From Catajapyx aquilonaris (Eukaryota): 64,000 nt of DNA. Position numbers and translations under genes: made by a program. The notes beneath the pieces were generated by a model. That model was not told the origin of the DNA and ran no database searches. It worked only from the letters and a program-made list of their open reading frames with translations. Shown here in pieces: positions 12,461 to 24,100 of the stretch (its first letter is position 1; every line of letters starts with the position of its first letter). The stretch spans positions 1 through 64,000 of the forward strand of contig KZ538432.1 in assembly GCA_000934665.2 (NCBI GenBank). The letters are read 5' to 3'.

Positions 12461-13866
12461 GATGTTCTTTTACACTGGAAACCTGCAATTTTAGAACATT
12501 CATTCAGAACAAAAACACAAGCACATTATGACATCATCACCAAAGTATGTCAAGCATATTGTTTTTCCTCCAGACCTATCTCCATTCCCTTCCTGCTCTC
12601 GACCCACAGGCACTCGGCAGGCACACCCCAGGCTGTTAGTCGTTTGTACTATCTTAACGCACTTACTCTTGTCTCATGGCAATCCCGCTGGGCAATCACC
12701 AAGAACTGGAATCAGAATAATGAAGCCACGGAGCCAATGAAGCTCTTACGGCAAAACCAGGCAAAACTCACGAGTATGAGGTATCGACACCAGAGGTATA
12801 TTCGCATCATTTTCAGGCAATCTGACATTTACCAAAATGAAATTATTTACAATTTAAGTTTTTAATGCCCCAATAAATATTGTAAAGGTACCAATTATTT
12901 ACATGTTTATAAACAGATTAAATTACATGTGCCATTTGGCAACTACGCGCTATCCGGGCGGGAAATTAAAACTCACGTCCCTATGAATTGTGCCTATTTT
13001 CTGTCTTTGCCAGAACTTCATCAGTACTGTGCTACAATGACGCTTCTGTGACATTTCCAGGAGCAATCCAAAATATGTAGCATTTGACACAGTCATAATA
13101 AGAGTTCATAATTGGCCCAGTAACTCTCACCATCTGTGTTACAACACATGATGCAGCATGGTTCTACAGTGCGGAAAACGAAACGGCGATCTGACAGCAT
13201 CAAGGTTTCCATGGAAACACCCTCACACGCCCTCACAGAACAATATGAGTAAACAGTAGCAACAAAAAGGAACAATATGTAAGAAACGCTGACGTCAGAT
13301 AGTCGTTTGGTTTTCTGTACTTTAGATGAGGGGTTATCAATCATGTGTCAATGACTGAACAAACGTCTGAATATGGTAACTTAGCCTGAATTGTTTATAG
13401 CTGGGGTAATTCAGGGTCATTGCTTCTGATAATTCCAGATAATATAAAGTACTAGCAGCGATACTCGGTCTTCTCACTACTGCTTATAGCCCATTTCCAC
13501 TTGCCCAGTACGTCACCAACTATTTTTCTAGATTTTCATTAGTGAAACTATGTATTATTTCTGAACGATTTTGGTCCTTCAGGAGTACAAGTGCAACCCC
13601 GCAAAATAAAGCCTCTGAAAGAATAGGTCCAGCATAGGCCCAAAAATTCCAGAAATTGCTTCAAAAAAGTTCAAAAATTATACCGTACCAAAAGAGCCAA
13701 ATAGGCCAGTTGCATAAAGTTTTGCTTTCAGTGGTTGAGCAAATAATTGGGTTAATTTATTTATGCGACAAGTACATTTCAAATAGTGCACACTGCAGTG
13801 ACATAAGTGCTTGTACATTGGTATACGACTTTCTCTCCAAATAACTTACAGTGCTGAGAGGTGAAT

Positions 13867-13939
13867 GACCCCTGCTGGGAATCGAACCCAGGACTGACCT
13901 CACACTTGGTGAGCGCTCTACCACTGGAGCTACAGGGGA
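13867..13939 (-). pseudogene. tRNA-like cloverleaf (pseudo-tRNA or solo SINE head) with an abnormal anticodon arm
   Basis: TCCCCTG TA GCTC CAGTGGTA GAGC G CTCAC CAAGT GTGAG GTCAGTC CTGGG TTCGATT CCCAG CAGGGGT; intact A/B boxes, 5-nt anticodon loop. Confidence 0.65.
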
Positions 13940-14851
13940 CTTTGTCAACACTCTCAGAAATAAACAAGCTGTATTCCATTTCATTTGGAATTGAATCCTT
14001 TTACGGCCACTAAATATTGGGGAAAACATGCCTTGGCAATTCATCACACGAACGCAGTGAATCTTACTTGACCAGCTCTCGGTGAAGCATAAAGTGAAGG
14101 TTCATGCGCACCTGGGTGTATCTCGCTGGTAATGTAGGTACTGCAGAAATCCTGTAAAAAAAAATCCAGTCAGACATCTTCACATAAGCCATTACGTCTA
14201 TTCACATACTACAATAACTGGAAACTGCGATGAGAGTGTTAATAAATTACGTCACTCTAATCTTCCTGATTGGATGAAATGGGTTACAACAAATAAGAAT
14301 ATTTCATTTAAAAACCATAGCCTACCGTATTCAGGATCTTTTCAACGTATATAAGAACTGTTTGGGCCAACTGCATCCTGATGTGTTGGGAAAAACACAG
14401 TCAGGATGGGAAGCCTGACCTATCGAATGACAATCGCCCCTTGACAGGACGTAATTATATATGGACTGCTCCAGAGGCATCTATCAGGCTACATACCCTT
14501 CCTTCTGCGAGTGTGATTCCTAAGCACAACGAGAAAATGGCATGCAAAAGAGATCAAATGTTTCGTTTTACAAATTTCCATATCGCAACTAAATTTGCTT
14601 TTCGAGTGGTTAGTCACTTGGGCAGTAAATACTGGCATTGTGTACACAAATGTTTGCCTTTATTAAAATCCATTCAACGTTAGTACTGCACTAGCAACAA
14701 TTTGTCACACCATTCAATGACGTAATTGCTATTACCGTATATAAATGTGCCAAAAATGGGACCGACCCATATTACATTTTAAAAAGTCCTAACAAACCAA
14801 CGAACAACATAATATGGTTCAGCCATAGTATACAAAGTAAGACAAACACGG

Positions 14852-15131
14852 TCAAACAACAGTGATGTGCATAGTTTGTGTAGGTTCCTTGATGTCCGAA
14901 TTGCAGGCCACGACTTTGAGCAATAGGTCGTCCTCACTGGGAGCAGCCTTCAGGGTTTGCTCTGGCAGCACTGTCGTCACGTGGTTGATTTGTTGGATAA
15001 ATCCTGCCTCTTGTTGTCTCAACAAGCTGGAAGTGGCCCTTATCAGGCAGAGTCTGATCCTATTAAGATGAACCTACCTTCTTAATGGCGACTCGTATCT
15101 GTTCTGCTTTTTGAGTGGATCATCGTCAATC
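14852..15131 (-). CDS. Putative SLC22 C-terminal tail exons 15131-15078 and 15026-14852, ending ...MHITVV*
   Basis: Strong acceptors (tttctttttcag|, cacttccag|), donor ag|gtaggt, frame preserved; introns of 78 and 51 nt. Confidence 0.55.
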
Positions 15132-18100
15132 CTGAAAAAGAAATAAGCTGAGCGTTAGAGTCAAGGAAAATATCACATATTAGGCAGCAAAGTAATGGAG
15201 AATGTTGACCTGTCCAGCATATCTGCGTGCTTTCCAAATGTATGGCCTTCCTCCGTTGCAATGTGCCTTTGGTTGTGGGATGTTGATTCTGGTAGGAGCA
15301 GGACAAACAGAGCTCCTAGCAGCTGGATCAGACCCATCACTGACAAAGGAAGTACTAAAACTTCCGTACCCTGTAAGCAAGCATTTGATGAGAATAAGTT
15401 AATTCTACGCACCTGTTGGTAAAATAACGAATGTCGGGCCCCTATACGATGTTTTTGTGGCATTGAATTAATGCATCGTGCCTTGAAGGAAGTGGAGAGT
15501 AAATTGATAGCCCAGATGTTACATTTTGTGCTAGACTAGCTAGAGGACCTGTAGAGGGCGATGTTAACAAGAAATTCGATCGATTACGCCAGCAGTAACT
15601 CGAACGGAAAAATAATAAGCACCTGCATTTCCCATATTCCATTTTACAATTGGCAATCTATTGGATGGTGTTCTACTCTATAGGTGCACATGGCTTCGAC
15701 GACCCAGTTGGTCACTTGCATGCAGTCACTATTGACTATTGACAAAATGCTTCTCCTGTGACCGACATTGTTGCAGTATTAAACTGTTGCCAATCTTTAT
15801 AATTCGCTACCGGTACTACAGAAAAAGGAGCTTACAGGCAAATGATCAAGCAGCGGGAAATGTGCATTGTTCTCAAAACTAACAAGTTTTTGCATGGTAC
15901 TCACAAAATAGTTGAGTGTGTGCGTGATGATAGGACCTGCCGATGCCACCGCACTGCTAAAGGCAATCCCTATGTGCTTGAGGACAACTGGATAAGTGTG
16001 CGCTGCCAGAAGTTGCACTGCCGCCCAACAACCAGCAATAGTCATCTTGGACGTGCAGAGTAAAATCATCACTGCCTCTGGTTCTTGAATTACATATTAC
16101 AATTTAATACCGAGCCTTAGAACAAAGTTACTCTACTTCATACCTGCGACAAAAAGTGTGGCCAGACAAGCAGCTCCTCCCAGCAGAAGACCTGAGACGA
16201 GGGTCCATCGAAGTCCCCAGAGACGCACGGAGGGCCAGAGCAGAAGGAAGGCTGGCAAATCGGAAGCAGCGGCCAGCAGGAAGGCCATGTAGTCCTGCAA
16301 TTGGCAGGGGCCACCTGCTGCGGGGGCGTAGAAGCATAGGCCCACATATACGCTGACACATGTCAACCAGGCCCATGTCACCACCACTGTCTTCCGTCTC
16401 ATTTTGCCTCGGACGCACAGTTGAGACGCCCTTGCTCTGACGGCCACATTCCTTTCTTTTTCTTTAGCTTCCACGTATCGTTCCACTTGGTAGCGTCTCT
16501 ATAATTCACAATTGCAATTACCAGCAGGTTCAGACAAAATAAATGTGGGACATATGAGTTACAAGTGACCTAAGGAACATAGAAATAGAGATGAAATTAC
16601 ATGGACAAAAAAATGATTTTTGTTGCATAGTGTTATTATTAAGCAGTTGCCCTCCAACATATAATTGCTTCCAGCGACAGTTACGTAATTGCTGATAATA
16701 GTAGGCCGAATAAAATTATAATTATTGCTCATAGTTGCAATGGATCGAGTCCACTTTATAATGGCTATATTAAACTCCTGACCTTAGGTGTCATTCCCAC
16801 AGCTTGAGTTTCGAAGGGATGACAATAAAAATAAGTTATGATCTTAATAGAAGGAAAGACAGAACAAACCAGAAAGCCTGGCTATCTTACCTCTTTCTAC
16901 TTATGACATTCTAGACGCCATACAAGTATAAGTTACATCACAGATTAGTGATTTGACTCTTCTAAGTACAGTCATAGTGTTAATTTCCTGTTTTAATTTT
17001 AAAACATATCACCTGTTTCGCAATGACTAAATTAATGAGCACAATACTGACATGCGAAACTAGAAAATTGGTAAATTTTAAACGTAACAAGCAAGATAAG
17101 TAACTCTTCTGGCACAGTGCTAAAATGATGCTGGAATTACGCCAGAGTCAAAAGTCAAATAACTGCTTCTTATGTTACTTCCTCAGCAAGAACAATAACA
17201 CCCTTATCTGCAGCAATAAAAAGCATTCCTGAATAATTTCGACCTGACCTTGTCCTTGATTCTCACCACCAGCTGTTGGTGGTTGAAATAGAGGGCTGAT
17301 AAAGAGAAGTGGGAGGGGCTGAAAATGAGGTGGCATTGTGGCCTGCTACCCTAAGTAAGCAACATTAATACTCCTCTAGCTTGAATGTTTGAAGCAGTGA
17401 TTGAGGGCGCCATTGAGCGTTGCTCGGGCCTACATCTCGTGGACAGATCTGTTACTAAAGCAAATACGGTCTCTTGATATGCTTCACCCGTTGGTGCCAT
17501 CTGTTATGCGATCGCACGACGTCCTTCTACATATTCACGTTATTCTCCCTGAGTGGCATTACTGGCGTAATTATTTATGGCGCTCTAATCCAGCAGTCCT
17601 CAAAATTCTTTGATGTCGGCCCTTTATGGGGGTTGACAAAGTATCCTGCGTTTCACTTCGGCTACATAACCGCACTTACCCCTATATGAAAATTGTCAAT
17701 CATCGATAAAATTACAATACAGAATTTACATTTTTGGTCATCCCCCCCACACTACAGGCTAATGGGAATAGTACCGGTACTACACTTTGAGAACTACAAG
17801 TAGCTTGCTGTATTTCATGTTGCTGTGAAAGTGGCGGCTCGTGTTCAAAGGCACAGGCTACATTGCATAAAAGAAATAACTCAGCAGTGTAAATAACATA
17901 GCCAAAGTGCAAACACAATGAAGAAGTGTAGATTCCTAAATTCAGCTCCGAGAGGGGCACACAATTCTCCTCTGAAAGTCGCCAATATTAGCTGTGCCAA
18001 AATATAGAAACCGATAACATAGAGAGGCCGATATTTGAATATTATGACCGTTACGGCTGTGTTTCGGCGCTTGTCTGGAAGTGACAAACGAGTTTCTGGC

Positions 18101-21100
18101 CTCCATCTAAAAATATCAAGCCCCGCACCCCATGCTATGCCTATTCGGCCCCGCCAACTGACAAGCCGGCAATATACATATCGCGGTGTTTCCGCTTTGT
18201 CAGTTGAAGTTGTTGAATAGGTGTGCGGGAGCGAACATTTTAGAATCGCTGGTCACCCACAACTCTGATTGTGAGCTTACATTCAATGTCGGACTCTCAC
18301 TTTTAAGACACGACCGTGCCCATTTTAGACATCAGATGAAAGTGCATATGTACCAAGGTGGCTTTGAGACTCAAGTCTTCTCCGCAGGCCAAAATAAGGC
18401 ACAAAGGCAATAAAAAACGGGGTAGATCTAATTTGCTAGCTCGTCGCCAGAGAGGAATTCCGGAACACGTTTCCGACCTTTCAAACTATTCCCAGAGGTC
18501 TTCACCTGCTGCGCAATGGCAAGACACGCTTTAGAACCTGCCTTTCTTTCCATGCTTATGACCCCAATCAAGCCTGGCCAATGCAATTTTTCGCCTCCCA
18601 CACTTGCGCAACCGAGCAGAGGATATTGCCCCGTTAATTAGTGCCGCATGAAAACCGCAATTATTTATCTGAATTCCACCCCCGGAGCCAATTTTTCAGT
18701 GGTTCTGAACGGCTTGAAAATAATCCCGCTATCCAAATAAAAGCTCTTTCACTCGGCTTGGGCTCATTAAATATAATTTATTGGAGTGGAGTACTCCCGG
18801 TCAATGAAATTATGCTAAGTCTGCTAAAGCTTCAGATTTGTAAAACCTGTTTATGCTAACAATGGTTATTATCATAAATGGTAGCAAAAGACAATCGGCG
18901 TGTGTACCAGAGCGTAAAAAAATATAAAAATTGAGGGGTCGGTAGCCTTGTTATTTGACAGTGTGAAGGGTAATATGGCATAAAGAGACTCGATGAAAGA
19001 TACAAGTGTCGAGCTAAACAGGGTCCCGCTTCCACAATTACAAAATTGGAGATGAAAACCTCGTTAGGGAGATGGGCCTATAATACAAGTAATTAGTAGA
19101 ACTCTAGTGTAATGAAAATTCTGATGGGGCGAATTTTTTCCCTTCATTGCATTGCAATACTAGCCGCATAGGACTCACCTGTAGGGCTTTTTCTGGAAAT
19201 AAAAAAGGCATAATTTTCTACTTAAGCCAAGTGGGTGTAAAAGGTACGAGTGAACTATGAAAGGTGTTTTATACTGAAGTTTTTCAACTTTCTGGGGTTT
19301 TAATACAAAAAAATTGTATTTCCAGCTCATGGATTTTTCGCACTGTGAAATTAATTCTAGCGAATAAAGAGGTAGCTGTAAAATTAGCTCATTCAAGTCG
19401 AATGGGTCTAAACGAGTAACTTTTTTCACGCAATAGTTCTCTCCCACCTACAATTTTGCTCAAATTATGTAAAACGCCACTGCTTGAATGATTTGTCGTA
19501 AAATGTCGTTTAAAGAGAAAAAAAACCTTCGGCACATTAGTCGTTTTTCATCTTCACTGAGTGTTCCAGGGTAGTGAAGTTGGCTTTGAAGCCTGGAACA
19601 GCGACACAGCTTGAGATATGTTTATGGTGGCTAGAAACTTTCATCTCTCTCAAAACACATTTATCTCTTCGTCATTGTCGAGCCCGAGGACATTTTTTCC
19701 CGCCAGACTGCATAATGGTGAGTGAGAATCGTTCCAGCCGCAAAACTCTTTTCACCCAAATTGGATCGTATCCCACAGCAAGGCGTACTGTAATCTGTCT
19801 GCACGCAGTTTTCACTGCGGTCTTATTACCACAGAATATCACCATTCCCAAGAAGAAACTAGTGCATTACAAATAAGTTTTCCTCATGAGCAAGCCTGGG
19901 GAACGCGTGTTTCATAGAAGTAACCAAACATAACAGATGAGTTATATCCTTCTCATATTCCTCCTGAGAGTTGAAAAAAAAAAGAAATTGTCTCACATGC
20001 GGCCTCCTCAAACTATCGGAGCGTTATAAAGTATATGCAGAGGAGATTGGGGATGGAAAAGTGAATAGAGTGTCTTCATTTCCAGGAAAAAGAAATGGGG
20101 CCACCTTCCGGAGGCTCAATTTGAATAGAGCCAACGACTGGTTGTGAAATCCAAGGTGAATTCATTACACGCCCAGCTGGATTTAAGCAGAGCAGGAACG
20201 AGAAAGAGAAGATACTTTTTTTTTTCCCCCTCATCGATCTCTCATTTACTCGTTGCTGCGTTTTATTAGTGTTTCTCTCGACACCTGTTCCAAAACGTTG
20301 TTTGGTTTCACTATAATCGCTGCAAAGTTTATTGAATCCGAGTGTGTTAACATTGTTTATAGGTAGAAGATAAGTGAAGGTTAAGAGCCGCTTTATTTGG
20401 AGAATAATTTGAACTTCCGCCCCTTCATTCTGCGCTTCATAAAACATCTACATATTCATTACTGGTGGAAGAAAAAGATAAAAGCATTACCTTCATAATT
20501 TATCCGGGAAGTAGGCATTATGGCTTTGGTTTTGAGTGATGTACCATTTTCTCTATGATTATGACTATTTTGAGCAATAAATGCGATTCGGCGCATTTTT
20601 ATACCCACTCTGAAACTACAATTTATTTATATAGGCCGTCAATCCCTTGCTTAATTATTTGTACAACACGATGTGTGATTTGTCCCTATACACTCACATT
20701 ATTGTATTCGTCATTGAGTGAGTGGCATTTGGATAAGCCGGTGGAAGAAATCTGCCTTTAAACAGTAAAGACACGCTATTTGTTGCCAAAAACGGCCCAG
20801 TTATTTCCTTTGGTTTCATATGTCAAACTTGCTGGACGACAATATTTTGTAGCATGCAAATGTACCCAATTGATCAAAATGTAGGTCTAGGACAACAAAT
20901 ACATTGCTACACCAAGAAGCAAAATGCAATTGTGCGGAAGAAGCAGGGCGCGCCACGTGGCTGTCCCCAAGTTTGGTGCAGATCAATATGCCACAGGATG
21001 TTCGGATATCAACTCAGTCATTTTTTTTCTCACTTCGCTTCGGTATACACGTTCAGTAACGTAACATCATTGTTCTTTTCATAATAGACGGTGATTTAAA

Positions 21101-24100
21101 TTCTCTAGCTATCATTACCAAAATAAATGTTGACATCCTTTGAAAACAACTAATCGGCAATCCTTTGAATAATATCCCCAAATGCTAGGCAAAAAAAATT
21201 TGGGCCTTTCTTCAATATCACGGCAAAACTTTCCCTATTGCATTGAAAGGACTTTAGTTCAGAACACGTTTTCTCCCAGCCTCACCCCAAAACTGTAATA
21301 AATCTGATTTCCCCTTAGAAACCCTTGCGGGTGGCAAAAAAAGGCTACATAATCCAAGAGCAGCTCTGGTGACTGAAACGCGTCGCTCCTAGCAAAAGCT
21401 GGAAAGAATCTCTCGTGGGCTGTAAGGTGTGCCAAAGACAAGCGAAGAATTATGAATCCTTCGAGTTCGTTAAAGATTGAAGTCCCCAACGTGCAAAGGA
21501 GAGGGGCTCACAGGCCATTCGGGAGCGACTACACCTTATTATACTTTTATTTCCTGGTGGGAAATGCCTTTCCACGTCCCCGCCATTTTACTGCTCTATT
21601 ATTCACCCTCCCACCTCCCACCTCCCCCTCTGCGCAAACTTCACCTTTTCCGCAACAATTCATAGGTACAGGTACAGTGCCATGATCATTTTGTTCTAAG
21701 TGGCTGTTCAAAAATGGATTCGAATTATCACACAAACTTTCAATTGGGCATTTCATATTACACTGATTTGCACACAGTTGCAATAATTAGCAAGGGGAAT
21801 AAGGTGGGTTCAAAACGAGCAAACAAGATTTTCCAATTACCGTGTATGTAGCCTCTATAATGCAGGACGGCAGTGGCTATACATGTATAGGCCTACTGTA
21901 TACTGTAAGTGTCCAGGGGACTGCAGATGCTTTTAAATTGTGGGGTACTGTAAGCATGTACGAATTTGGCGAATTGGGGATCGCTGATCGCATAGGAACT
22001 TTTGCGACTAAGGCTCTAGTATAACTTAGCGCAACTTTTTATAACGGGGATTCATGCGTTGATAAGTAAAAATCTCCTAGGAGATGAAGGTATACACGTA
22101 CTGATACCGGCACAGCAATAAAGGGCTCGTCTAGCAGAGGCCTACGGGATATTCCGTAATTATTCAGGCAAACTTCAGTGGTGAACTCCTGGATACCCGA
22201 GGATCACACTGTAGAGATGTCATTGATTTCCACAAACTTGTTACTATGATAATTAGCAATAGTCAAAAAATAAAGTGCGCCATCTCTTCTATCGCGGATA
22301 CAGGCTCGGCGTATGCTACCATATTAAATGAAATTGCAATATTAAAATTGCACGGTTACAATTATATTTAAAATGAAAAATGCGAGTTCACACGACCAGT
22401 CAATATATTTGGCACGTTGTGTTCAAAACCTTGGTAACTAAGACCAAATGACACATATAGATAAACTGATCCTCTGGTGACCCGGAGTTCACCTTAGAAG
22501 TTTGGGTGAATCATTATGGAAGACCAGGCATAATACCACGACCACATATAAGCTGCAGATGTAGTTTAGTTACTTGTGGATTTCACCTAAACGGTACTCA
22601 TTTATACACGTTTGGGCAGTCGTCCTTCTGAGTAAATACAGGAATATAAATGAATCCTGACTTCATAGGAGACATCCACTTCAGGTCTAGAGATAAGCAG
22701 GATAAACGTCTGTTTCGGAACTCTCTGCCTCCCGCGCCTTACACTTACTCATTTTCCTTCTCCCTTATCTAGACTGACGAAATGGGAGCAAGCTCCTCTA
22801 GCTGGTTACCGAAATATTCCATCACCACTTCTGCCAGGTGGTCCTGTACAAACCCCTACGGCAGTGCAGTGTCGTCAAGCAAATTTAAAATTAATAATGG
22901 CGAATCTAGGCCATGGCCAGGACTATATCGCTGATCTGCATGCTGCTCAATGTCATTTTACAGTTTTGTTTTGCCTTTAACCCCGTCGCTACCAGCTAGG
23001 CCGAAAACGCTTAGGTTTTCGTTTATACGCCTACACTGAAAATACGGACAATATATTTTACAAAATAATAACAGATATAAGCCTATTTACCCATTCGTGG
23101 AAAACACTATGAATGTGTTGCGAACAATTTTACTCCTCTAGAAGTCCCTAATTTAATTTACAAAAAAAGACCGCCTTAAAACACGAAATTAGAGTACTAC
23201 CGGCCAATTGTTCTGCTGATTTAATTATAAAATACGCTAAAATATACGGAACAACCACCTTGAGAAATCGTCGTACTTTTCGAGAAATAAATTAATACTT
23301 ATTTTCGGTTTTTTTGACACTTCGCCAGAAGTAAATAAATGGCAGTTTTCCGAAGTGCCAGCAAGCCGCAAATAAGTAATAATTTATTTCTCGCAAAGTA
23401 CGACGATTTCAGCGAATTCATCTGACGCGGTTCTCAGGGTTGTTGTTCCGTATATTTGAACGTATTATTTTCATAATATATTAAATCAGCCTAACAGTTG
23501 GCCTGTAGTACTCTAATTCAGGGTTTTAAGGCGGTCTTTTTGGAAATTAATTAAGGGACTTCTAGAGGAGTAAAGTTGTTCGCAACACATTCATAGTGTT
23601 TTCCATGAATGGGTAATTATAGCTGTTATTGTTTGTAAAATACCTTGTCCGTATCATCAAAGTATAAGCGAAAATCTAGGCGTTTTCGGCCTAGCTGGCA
23701 GAGAAGAGGTTAAGTATGAGAAATCCTAATATGTATGTACGAGGGCAGTACCAAAATGATTGACAATTATTTTTTTGCCGAAAATACAGGGCCTATGCAG
23801 GTCGGAAAATAGGCACACACTATATCGACAGAACCCTCCTAGAGCCGAATGCACAGGAGTCATGATGGGTGTGGCAACCTCTCCAGGGACCTCAGGAACC
23901 ACTTTTTGGAGGTGCGAAGAACCTACTAGCGGACAACTTCTCAGACATCAACTATCAACAATGTCCTTAAAATGGAGTCGGCGAAGGTATTATTTCATGG
24001 ATATTGCTTTGAGTGCTTCCACGCCCACCGTACTCCCCTGGCCCGGTCTCCAGTGACTTTGTCAGTTAGTTTGTAAGTTTGTAATACCCCGTGATAGGGG

